From assembly GCA_003056145.1 (NCBI GenBank), contig LSNL01000006.1, positions 6,119 to 70,118 of the forward strand: DNA of 64,000 nt. Direction: 5' to 3'. Position numbers and translations under genes: made by a program. The notes beneath the pieces are model-generated. The model saw only the letters and a list, made by a program, of their open reading frames with translations, was not told the DNA's origin and searched no databases. The DNA is from Parcubacteria group bacterium M10-OD1-1. GTDB taxonomy: Bacteria > Patescibacteriota > Minisyncoccia > Moranbacterales > UBA2206. Positions 46,698 through 55,273 of this stretch are shown here, in pieces (the first letter of the stretch is position 1; every line of letters starts with the position of its first letter).

Positions 46698-47714
46698 TTA
46701 ATTAGAACAACTTTCTCCACCACCTTTATTAGCTGCTTGGCTACCATAGCCAAATCCAGGATTAGGAACAGTAGTAGATAGCTTCTTATTACATTCCGCT
46801 GGAGCTTTTGTAAAAGCTGAGCAAATAGTTTTTAACAAACCTTCAGAACTTCTATTAGTTGGCTTTACTCCTATTTGAGTTCCGTTAATTACTAAAGTTG
46901 GTGAACCCTTAACTTTATATTTTTCATTATCTGATTTATCTATGTTAAAAGTAGGAAATTGACCATTAGACCAAGTATCTTTATTGTTATAGTTAGTTGT
47001 TACTTTAAATTGACTGTCTGCCTTTTTCATACAGTTAGTAATTTTAGAACCATCAATTTTAGCTTCTTTTAAACAATTAGCCTCTGTCCCTTCCCCTTTC
47101 TTCAAGAAACAACCTAAATAGGTTTCTAGCTGAATTGGAAAATCTTTTTTAACACAATATTGTCGCAAATTTTCATCTAATTCCTTCTTTCCATGCATTG
47201 AATAATCAACAAATTTTAAATTAAAATCTATCTTACTTCCTAAATCTTTTAATACTGGCAACAAACCTTTTTCTATTTGAGTTCCATAAGGACAATAACT
47301 CATTACAAACAAATCTACGGTTGGTTTATCACTTTTTGGTGCTTGTTTAGCTGGAGCAGATTTAGCAGCTTGTTTTTTCATTTTTTCCACTTCGGCGATA
47401 TTAATACTTCCTCTAGGAAAGAACTCTTTTCCATCTTTACTCAAATAAGTATTTGCTAACTGATTATTAACTTTGATAGTAATCTTATAAAGACCGTTCT
47501 CATCAGAAATATTTTTTACTTCTGCTTTTTCTCCTGGCTGTAACATATTATTATTAACAAAATCAATCACTTTAGTTTTCGCTTCATTTTTAGTTAATAT
47601 TTTATTTTGAGCAGTTAGCTTAAACTCATTTCTATAAAAAAGATACCCAGCAACAGCTAGAATAATTATTCCAATGGCGATTATAATCGCTACTTTTTTA
47701 TTTTTTTGTTCCAT
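46698..47714 (-). CDS. membrane-anchored DsbA/thioredoxin-fold protein with an atypical CPYG (single-Cys) active-site motif and a Cys-rich C-terminus
   Basis: TM anchor; thioredoxin-like ...FVMSYCPYGTQ... and cis-Pro-region-like SPTLVINGTQIGV. Confidence 0.45.
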   Translation of the reverse strand: MEQKNKKVAIIIAIGIIILAVAGYLFYRNEFKLTAQNKILTKNEAKTKVIDFVNNNMLQPGEKAEVKNISDENGLYKITIKVNNQLANTYLSKDGKEFFPRGSINIAEVEKMKKQAAKSAPAKQAPKSDKPTVDLFVMSYCPYGTQIEKGLLPVLKDLGSKIDFNLKFVDYSMHGKKELDENLRQYCVKKDFPIQLETYLGCFLKKGEGTEANCLKEAKIDGSKITNCMKKADSQFKVTTNYNNKDTWSNGQFPTFNIDKSDNEKYKVKGSPTLVINGTQIGVKPTNRSSEGLLKTICSAFTKAPAECNKKLSTTVPNPGFGYGSQAANKGGGESCSN

Positions 47715-48283
47715 TAATTTTTTTATTATTTTAATTATTAGTTTTGTTATTTTTCAATAAATTCAATAACTTTTTAATTATACAACTTTTTATTTTAAAA
47801 AACAAATTCTAGTCTTGTCTAATACAAAATAAGCCCGAAGGCTTATTTGGCAGAGATAATAACCACAATTTTAGGCACCAGATACAGTTTTTTGAAACTA
47901 GTCCTTACAAAAAATGACAATAGCTCTAAGAAGAAAATAATGGAAATTAAAAAAGAAAATATTTGAAAAAATTAAGTGATTTTATAATAAACTAGTCTAA
48001 ATTGTAAGTTGTGTTTCAGGAGTCATTTGAGAATTAAAATATACTGCATAATTTATGGTCCGTGTCAGGTTTTCTATTCTACACAAACAAGCTCCACTAT
48101 TACAGGCATGCCTCCCAGTTATATCTAGTTTGCTTTATTATTTATATATATTCACTATCTATTTAACAAGAGGTGTATCTTCTTCCAAAACTTTGATACA
48201 CCTCCTGAATAGCTATTCTCTTTTTTTACTAATCATTCAGTATTATCCTCAGAAAACCATTTCGTGAAAATAATCAACTAACC

Positions 48284-50695
48284 CTAGAACCAACTAAATG
48301 GATTATACCAATGAGACTCACTCTGAGTCTTTTGAGGAGCTGAGGTTTTTTCTGATTGAGTAGGAGCAGTAGTTTCTGATTGAGTAGGAGTTGGATTACT
48401 TTCAGTTGTCTGATTACCTTCTGTTTGAGTTTGAGTCTTAGCTGAATTAGCTTGATTGGATTGAGATTGAGTATTACTTTCTGCTGAAGAGGTAGTCTTA
48501 GCTGATGTCTTAGCTGATGTCTTAGCTGATGTCTTAGCTGATGTCTTAGCTGATGATTGAATTGCTAAACCAACCTTGAGATTGCCAGTTTTGATAGTGT
48601 AGTTACCCGCTCTATCATAAGCTTTAACTTTTATAGGATATACTCCAGCTGTAAGATTGCCGGGAAGAGTAAATTCAGGAGTATGATTATTGAAAATCCT
48701 TCCTTGAAAATAAATTTTATATTTTTTTATCTTGTCGTTATCAGTAGCTAAAAACTTGATAGTTTGTCCTTTGTGATAGCTAATCGTAGTTGAAGGGAAT
48801 TGGGAGAAAATTGGTTTGAGAGTATCTGTTCTGACAATAATAGGTTTTGACAATCCTGAAGAATTACCTGCTTGATCATAAACTCTTATGTAATAAGTGT
48901 CTTTGCTAGATCTATTTTTTGGAAGTTTTATCTTCCAACTTCCATCTCTATCTATATCTACTGTTCCTATGCGATGTTTATTACCTTTTTTGTTTTTTCT
49001 ATATAACACAACGGTTCCCTTCTCTGCTTCTGAGTTTGTTCCTCTGAGAGTGGGTTTTCTCTTCTTTGAGAAAATAATGGAATGTTTCTTCTTGTTTAAG
49101 CTAGTACCGTTGTGACTTGATAATTTAATGCTACTTCTTTTACTACTAGGAGCTGTCTTGTCATAAAGAATATTTAAAGTTGTGCTATCACTCTCATAAT
49201 CAATATAGTCTCGGAATTTAACATAGAGCTTTTTATTCCCTTCAGAGTTAAAAGTATATACTTTAGTTTTTTGATATGGTTCCCAAGTGGCTCCAGAGAA
49301 ATCAGAGTTTTCACTAATCATCATATCTTTAGCGTCTGTAGCAGTAAAGTTAAGAGTCACTTGGTTATCTGTTGTAACAGAAGGATAGTTGATGGAAATG
49401 TTTTTTGGACCGAGATGAAAGATAAGAACACGGTTATTAGTATTAGTATCAGAAACAAAAAGCTTGTTATTAATCGCGAAAAGCATTGAAACATTACTTG
49501 TTTTTTTAGCTGATAATCCAACTGAGTTAGTTGTTAAATCAGGTTGTCCTAAGACATAATCAGCGGAAATATCATTGGTAGTAGGAATGTGAGAAAAAAT
49601 AGTTACTCTAGAATTACTCCATTCACCGATAAATATTTTTCCTTGTTGTTCAATAACGCTTTGAGGATATTCCTCGGTTTTTGCCGTTGGACCAGTTAAT
49701 CCTTGATTCGGTGAACCACTTACCATATCTGGTTGACCGATAACCGTATCAGCGGAAGCATCATTAGTAGTAGGAATATGATTATAGATAAGAGTTCTTG
49801 AATTTCCATTATCAGCAATGTATAATTTTCCATCATTATTAATATAAAGACCGCTAGGATCACTTAAAGTTTTAGCACTAACAGTTCCTCCTTGATTAGC
49901 AGAGTTGCTAATCATATCCGGCTGTCCAATCACTACATCAGCGGAAGCATCATTGGTGGTAGGAATGTGATTATAGATAAGAACACGATTATTGCCCCGG
50001 TCAAGAATAAACATTTTACCTTGATATACAAAAACATCGTGAGGATAATCTATCGTATTAGCGTTGGCTGTTGCTTCTCCTTGATTAGTAGAGTTGCTAA
50101 TCATATCCGGCTGTCCAATCACTACATCAGCGGAAGCATCATTGGTAGTAGGAATGTGATTATAGATAAGCACTCTATTATTACCTCCACGGGATGGTCC
50201 ACCTTCCCCATCGCAAATAAATAGTTTTCCTTGATAAACAAAAATCCCAGTTGGACCAAAAAGAGTATTCGCTCCCACACTTCCACCTTGATCGGCATCT
50301 CCACTCGTAAAATCTTTCTGTCCAATAACTACATCAGCGGAAGCATCATTAGTAGTAGGAATGTGATTATAGATAAGCACTCTATTGCTTCTTTCTTCTG
50401 CTATAATTAATTTCGTTCCATCGCTCCAAATTCCTTTAGGAAAATCTATTGTATTCGCTCCAACACTCCCTCCTTGGTTTGCATCGCCACTTGTGAAATT
50501 TGGCTGACCAATTACTACATCCGCATTCTTATCAATTCCAATAGCTTGAGCCGAATTAGTATTAACAAAAGCTAGACCAACGATTAATAATGCTACTCCA
50601 GCAATACTTTTAATTCTTTGGTTTAGTTTTAATTTTGAATTTTGTTCTTCTAAATTGCTAGAATTCAATTTCATTTTTTGCAATACTTTTTTCAT
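48284..50695 (-). CDS. secreted NHL-repeat beta-propeller surface protein (803 aa) with Ig-like region, AKTS repeats, Thr/Ser/Gln-rich tail and C-terminal HWYNPFSWF
   Basis: Signal peptide ...AGVALLIVGLAFVNTNSAQA. Six or more repeats of NRVLIYNHIPTTNDASADVVIGQPD. Confidence 0.7.
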   Translation of the reverse strand: MKKVLQKMKLNSSNLEEQNSKLKLNQRIKSIAGVALLIVGLAFVNTNSAQAIGIDKNADVVIGQPNFTSGDANQGGSVGANTIDFPKGIWSDGTKLIIAEERSNRVLIYNHIPTTNDASADVVIGQKDFTSGDADQGGSVGANTLFGPTGIFVYQGKLFICDGEGGPSRGGNNRVLIYNHIPTTNDASADVVIGQPDMISNSTNQGEATANANTIDYPHDVFVYQGKMFILDRGNNRVLIYNHIPTTNDASADVVIGQPDMISNSANQGGTVSAKTLSDPSGLYINNDGKLYIADNGNSRTLIYNHIPTTNDASADTVIGQPDMVSGSPNQGLTGPTAKTEEYPQSVIEQQGKIFIGEWSNSRVTIFSHIPTTNDISADYVLGQPDLTTNSVGLSAKKTSNVSMLFAINNKLFVSDTNTNNRVLIFHLGPKNISINYPSVTTDNQVTLNFTATDAKDMMISENSDFSGATWEPYQKTKVYTFNSEGNKKLYVKFRDYIDYESDSTTLNILYDKTAPSSKRSSIKLSSHNGTSLNKKKHSIIFSKKRKPTLRGTNSEAEKGTVVLYRKNKKGNKHRIGTVDIDRDGSWKIKLPKNRSSKDTYYIRVYDQAGNSSGLSKPIIVRTDTLKPIFSQFPSTTISYHKGQTIKFLATDNDKIKKYKIYFQGRIFNNHTPEFTLPGNLTAGVYPIKVKAYDRAGNYTIKTGNLKVGLAIQSSAKTSAKTSAKTSAKTSAKTTSSAESNTQSQSNQANSAKTQTQTEGNQTTESNPTPTQSETTAPTQSEKTSAPQKTQSESHWYNPFSWF

Positions 50696-51116
50696 ACTTT
50701 TAGTTTTAGTTTTAAAAATTAATTATCAAAATACCGAAGAAGGACAAATATCTTTAAAAATCTATCCCGACTACGAAGTTAATTACATACCCTTTGAAGA
50801 ATTTTTCTTCAATTATTGATATAATTAATTTGACAAAAAGTCATTTAATTCGCAGTTGATATTTTATTATCTTTATTCTATATATTTTTTAAATTTGAGT
50901 CAAATAAAAAATACTTTTAAATAATTACTTCTATTTTACTCTGCCCCTTTAAGGTTGTCAAATTATTTTTCAGTCTTGTTTCAATATTTTATTTCTGTAT
51001 TCCTTTTTCCATTCCTGCAAAGGCAAAAATCTAGTCACTAAGTCTTGTTTTAGCGTAAAAACTTCTAAATTAGTTTGTTTCTTCAATTATTTTAATCGCA
51101 AAATTTAAAAAATAAT

Positions 51117-51151
51117 AAAAAACCTTGCAAAATAGAATTTCGCAAGGTTTT
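51117..51151 (-). terminator. duplicated copy of the ftsZ terminator hairpin (inside repeat copy 1)
   Basis: AACCTTGCAAAATAGAATTTCGCAAGGTTTT, identical to 58083-58117. Confidence 0.6.
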
Positions 51152-51178
51152 AAAAGTAGCTAAAACATTTAACTAAAT

Positions 51179-51247
51179 TTATTTTCCCATTTTTCTCCGA
51201 ATAAAAGCTGGAATCTCTAACTCATCATCTTCATCATTAAGTTCTTT
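51179..51247 (-). pseudogene. 3'-terminal 23-codon fragment of ftsZ (...DDELEIPAFIRRKMGK*) carried at the end of repeat copy 1
   Basis: Identical to the genuine ftsZ 3' end at 58145-58213. Similarity breaks at 51248. Confidence 0.75.
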
Positions 51248-51440
51248 CCTATGCAAATAAAGTTTCCAAAGTATATATAACCCTTTTTCAATTTTTTAAA
51301 TATATTCTTTTCCTTTAAAATACCGACTGCCCTACAGTATCTTTCTGCTCGGGAAAAACAACTGCCATTTCTTTTTTTAATAATATAACTACCCATGCCC
51401 CCGCTTTGATTCGCATCTCCATTTGTGCACTTTATTAAAA
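51248..51440 (-). pseudogene. degenerate fragment of a second NHL-repeat paralogue (…TNGDANQSGGMGSY…)
   Basis: Diverged but recognisable nucleotide and protein similarity to the GDANQGGSVGAN region of the NHL genes. No intact ORF. Confidence 0.4.
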
Positions 51441-51586
51441 AAATGTACCTTGATTATCAGAACAAATCAATACTATTATACTTTGGCTCGGAAACTTAGC
51501 GCTTTGAGCCAACGCCCTAGAAAACGCCGGAATCAAGAAGCCAGTCAACCAACTATTCCCCCGACAAATCTTTTTTTGAAAACGTT

Positions 51587-53152
51587 TTATTTCAATATTT
51601 TGACAGTTCCTTTTCCCGCATCAACCTCCAACATATCCCCTGTTTGTACAACTCTTGTAGCTACTTTTGTTCCAACGATACAAGGCAATTTAAATTCGCG
51701 ACTAATAATCGCAGCGTGACACGACATTCCGCCTTCATCTGTAATAACCGCCGCCGCTTTTCTAAAAGCCGGAATAAACTCAATTGTTGTCATATAAGTA
51801 ACCAAAATCTCACCTTCTTGTAATTGAGAGACCTTTGAGGCGTCCTCAAGCACTCTCGCCCTAGCTTTTATTTTCCCTGGAGAAGCTGATAACCCTTTAA
51901 ACTCTGTTGTATTAATAATCTTTTCAAACGGACCTGATATATCTTCGTCATTGATTGTTTTCTTAATTTGATCTTTCCCTGTTACTAAATCAAATTTACC
52001 CTGTTTGATTTTGATTATAAAACCGTTTTGTTTGCGTTCTTCTATCTCTTCTTTTGCAATTGTTTTTCCAGACTTAATTGACTGTTCCAGTTCTGTATAT
52101 GAATAAGACAACAAATCGTCTCGAGTTACCTTAAGACGCGACGCTATCTCATCAAGAAGTTTGTTATAGCTTAGTAACGATCGAGTGAAATACCCTTTGG
52201 TCCAATCTCTCATTGCTATAAACTCTGCCAAAGAGTCTATAGCATGCAATACATCCTTTGGAGGATTTAATTCATTAATAATTTTTTGTCTCTGAGTATT
52301 AAGACTATTAAAATTTGCAATAAGCTCTTCCAATTTCTCTTTTGGAGAGGCGTCTTCTGTTACTATCGCTTTTTTAAATGACTCAATCCATTTTTCTCTT
52401 GACCAACCACCACTAACATATTCTGTATTTATCCACTCATATTTCTGGGTATGCTTTTCAAACAACGAATCTTCCTCTGGGTATTTTTTTAGTCCCGCAC
52501 TGATTTCTTCAATAGTTTCATTTTGAAACATTTTCTTTATTTCTTCATCTTCGTATAACCTTGTGGCTATTTGAAAAAAGTTCTTTTGTTCCGTAAAAGC
52601 CACCGTTTCTCCCGTATTAACTAAAAGTGCACTTTTATACATATCAAAATCTCTTCCCTTATTAAGCTCTTGTAGACGGTTTTGTAAGAAAGTAATTATC
52701 TTATAATCTTCATCTATACAAGCCTCTATACCCCATAACTGAACTGTAATAATTGGAGCCACCATCATCGTATTGATAAAATCCTTATACATATACAAGA
52801 CTTCATCATTTGACAAAAGTTTTAAATTTTCTAAATCAATATTAATACATTTAAAGAAAATAGCCCCAAATATCTCATCTGTTCTCCGATGAAAATCTTT
52901 AACAAAATTCGGGTTCTTGTCTATACTGTCTTGAATATCTTTAAATTTTGCACCTGACTTTAACTGACTTTTATCATAAAATACATAACAACCTTTTCCC
53001 GGAACACCAACAACAATTTGGTTATCAAACCAAAAATCTACAGCCGGTGCCCAGCCTTTACTAGACATGCCACGCATAAGAATACTGAAATGATGTAAAC
53101 TTGCATTTCTTCTGTGCGCCCAAAACCAATTTATTTTACCTTGTTCATTCAT
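51587..53152 (-). CDS. PEP-utilising-enzyme phosphohistidine (swivel) domain protein with a ~420-aa N-terminal region (rifampin-phosphotransferase/PEP-synthase-like C-terminal part)
   Basis: C-terminal ...ILVTYMTTIEFIPAFRKAAAVITDEGGMSCHAAIISREFKLPCIVG (GG-x-x-S/T-H-A-A-I-x-x-R-E mobile-domain signature). Confidence 0.7.
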   Translation of the reverse strand: MNEQGKINWFWAHRRNASLHHFSILMRGMSSKGWAPAVDFWFDNQIVVGVPGKGCYVFYDKSQLKSGAKFKDIQDSIDKNPNFVKDFHRRTDEIFGAIFFKCINIDLENLKLLSNDEVLYMYKDFINTMMVAPIITVQLWGIEACIDEDYKIITFLQNRLQELNKGRDFDMYKSALLVNTGETVAFTEQKNFFQIATRLYEDEEIKKMFQNETIEEISAGLKKYPEEDSLFEKHTQKYEWINTEYVSGGWSREKWIESFKKAIVTEDASPKEKLEELIANFNSLNTQRQKIINELNPPKDVLHAIDSLAEFIAMRDWTKGYFTRSLLSYNKLLDEIASRLKVTRDDLLSYSYTELEQSIKSGKTIAKEEIEERKQNGFIIKIKQGKFDLVTGKDQIKKTINDEDISGPFEKIINTTEFKGLSASPGKIKARARVLEDASKVSQLQEGEILVTYMTTIEFIPAFRKAAAVITDEGGMSCHAAIISREFKLPCIVGTKVATRVVQTGDMLEVDAGKGTVKILK

Positions 53153-53158
53153 AATTAA

Positions 53159-54082
53159 TTATTTAAAATTTAATTTACCACTAAACGATTTATTTCCACT
53201 GAAATTCCCTTGAACCTTTATACCATATTTTCCATCCTCTTTTACGTATTCCAATTTAAGTGACTGGGACTCTTTTATAACGCCACCAGTTCTCTCAAAA
53301 AAATCTTCCGCCCTTAATTCCTTTGCTGGTGTCCCGTCCTCAAAAACTAGATACTTTTTTAGTAAACTCATAATTGGAAACGAGTGCGAAATATCAATCT
53401 GTTTATATGACTCATCTTTAGGCTGAAGATTTCCGAGGTCTCTGTTTGAAGCAAGTAGCCCGGTATGTTTCAAAAAACCACTGTATCTTTTAGCCAGTTT
53501 ATCAGCCAGATCTTCATAAGAAGTATGGAATCCTTTCTGCTCAGCCTTCTCCGAATCAAACAGTATCGTCAATACTTTTATATCAATAAAATTTCTAACT
53601 TCCGCTTCTTTTTCTTCCACAGAAAAATCAGGGTGCTCTTGATTAACCTTGTCTCGTATCAACGGCTCTAAAGATTTCTGTAGCTTAACAATGATCTCTA
53701 AATCTTTAGTATCTTGCTCTTTTTCTGCTTCGCCTAAGGGCTGAAAAGGTACCTCAAGTTTCTCCTGTTTACTACTTATATTCTTGTGCCTATGCTCCGT
53801 TGCGGAAACTCTTTCCAAATCTATCGCCGCCGTATCTACAGCTCTTTCAATAGGACTGCTAGAAATATGGACAAGTCCTTTGCCTTCTTGAATACCCATT
53901 TCTTCAAACCCTTTCTCCACAGAAGCACTAAAATGCTGTGCTTTTTCGTTTTTCTCTCCAGAGGCACTGAGTTTTGGACCGTGGCGTTGCAAATAGGTTT
54001 CAAAGATAACTTTTTCGGCATCCTCTTTTTTTTCTGCCACATTCTCTTTCGGTTTATTTAAATTTTCAAAATTCTCTTTCAT
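53159..54082 (-). CDS. hypothetical protein (307 aa) between the ATP-grasp and phosphohistidine-domain ORFs
   Basis: Intact ORF in the same frame as both neighbours. No family recognised. Confidence 0.4.
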   Translation of the reverse strand: MKENFENLNKPKENVAEKKEDAEKVIFETYLQRHGPKLSASGEKNEKAQHFSASVEKGFEEMGIQEGKGLVHISSSPIERAVDTAAIDLERVSATEHRHKNISSKQEKLEVPFQPLGEAEKEQDTKDLEIIVKLQKSLEPLIRDKVNQEHPDFSVEEKEAEVRNFIDIKVLTILFDSEKAEQKGFHTSYEDLADKLAKRYSGFLKHTGLLASNRDLGNLQPKDESYKQIDISHSFPIMSLLKKYLVFEDGTPAKELRAEDFFERTGGVIKESQSLKLEYVKEDGKYGIKVQGNFSGNKSFSGKLNFK

Positions 54083-54085
54083 ATT

Positions 54086-55033
54086 TCAAACATTAAGTGT
54101 TGTTATTGGACGAGATTGCGTAATATAGAAAGTTTCCTGTTCCAGCACCCATTCAATATCGCAAGGAAAACCGTAATGATTTTCTATCAGAATAATAATA
54201 TTTACCAATTCAAGAATCTTATTTTCAGTCAATACTTGTGCTTCAGCTTTTTCTTCCGGAAGTTTTTTCCACTCACAACCACCTCGCTCAGCTCTATACA
54301 ACCCTTTGTTTTGCGTACTCACATTTATATCAGTAATCTGTATCGGTTTTTTCTCAACCACATAATTATCCGGTGTAATCTGACCTGACACAATCGCATC
54401 ACCCAATCCAAACCCTGCCTCAATTACAATTTGATTTTCGTCTTGTATAACCGGATGCACCGAAAACGCAACTCCTGCAGAGTCAGCTTCAATCATTTTT
54501 TGGACAACAACAGCGACAGATATTTTTTGATTATTAAGTTTTTTTTCAAAACGATAAAAAATTGCCCGGACCGTAAAAAGGGACGCCCAACATTTACGTA
54601 CGTTTTCTAAAAATTTATCTTCCGTCGTATTTAGATAACTATCGAGCTGTCCTGCCCACGCAGCAGCCGAACTGTCCTCGGAAGTGGCGGATGAACGTAT
54701 GGCAACATATTTTGCTCCTAATTTTTTAAAATCTTTTTGTATCTCATCTATAACATCTTCTGGAATTTTAGCGTCTAAGATAAGAGACTGGATTTTTTGT
54801 GAGGCTTCTTCAACGGTAGCTATAATATTATGATCTACTTTATTTAGTAAGACTTCTATTTTCGGATTAAGCTCTGCGTCTTCAATAAACTTATCAAATG
54901 CATCAGAAAGCACTACAAAACCAGGAGGCACGGGGATACCAGCTTGTGTCATTTCCCCTAAAGAGGCTCCCTTGCCACCGGCAATTGCCACATCGTCTTT
55001 ACTAAGATTTACAAAATCACGAGTAAATTTCAT
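54086..55033 (-). CDS. PPDK_N-type ATP-grasp (PEP/pyruvate-binding, nucleotide-binding) domain protein; N-terminal part of a PEP-synthase/rifampin-phosphotransferase-like enzyme
   Basis: VAIAGGKGASLGEMTQAGIPVPPGFVV...AIRSSATSEDS...VVVQKMIEADSAGVAFS, typical of the pyruvate phosphate dikinase N-terminal domain. Confidence 0.7.
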   Translation of the reverse strand: MKFTRDFVNLSKDDVAIAGGKGASLGEMTQAGIPVPPGFVVLSDAFDKFIEDAELNPKIEVLLNKVDHNIIATVEEASQKIQSLILDAKIPEDVIDEIQKDFKKLGAKYVAIRSSATSEDSSAAAWAGQLDSYLNTTEDKFLENVRKCWASLFTVRAIFYRFEKKLNNQKISVAVVVQKMIEADSAGVAFSVHPVIQDENQIVIEAGFGLGDAIVSGQITPDNYVVEKKPIQITDINVSTQNKGLYRAERGGCEWKKLPEEKAEAQVLTENKILELVNIIILIENHYGFPCDIEWVLEQETFYITQSRPITTLNV

Positions 55034-55273
55034 ATGTTATATAAAGTATTATACTACACGTTAGTAACTGTTATCCAAGGCTATGCATACTCTCAGTATT
55101 ACTATAAATAATATCTAGTTTGCTTTATTATTTTTATATATTCACTATCTATTTAACAAGAGGTGTACCTTCTTCCAAAACTTTGATACACCTCTTAAAT
55201 AGCTATTCTCTTTTTTTACTAATCATTCAGTATTATCCTCAGAAAACCATTTCGTGAAAATAATCAACTAACC

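Larger units (their letters stand above)
48121..51247. repeat. copy 1 of a ~3.1-kb direct repeat: NHL-repeat surface-protein gene plus flanks, including a 69-nt ftsZ 3' fragment
   Basis: Near-identical to 55111-58213; differences seen are a few SNPs and one 24-bp indel. Boundaries fixed by the first mismatches (48120 versus 55110; 51248 versus 58214). Confidence 0.9.

Noticed and set aside
48055-48267. 70-aa plus-strand ORF at the repeat boundary
   Set aside because: It straddles the unique/repeat junction, is low-complexity hydrophobic, and lacks an RBS; likely spurious.
48480-48560. Short tandem nucleotide repeats (gatgtcttagct x5) that could be mistaken for a CRISPR-like array; the same occurs at 55450-55530
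   Set aside because: The 12-nt units have no spacers, are in-frame inside the NHL-protein ORFs, and encode (AKTS)n. No cas genes are present anywhere in the window.
51587-55033. In-frame TGA between PPDK-like ORFs as evidence of UGA recoding (code 25, as in some CPR lineages)
   Set aside because: All other genes in the window, including the 934-aa uvrA and 778-aa smc, are intact under the standard code and terminate in normal stops. A reassigned genome would fragment everywhere.
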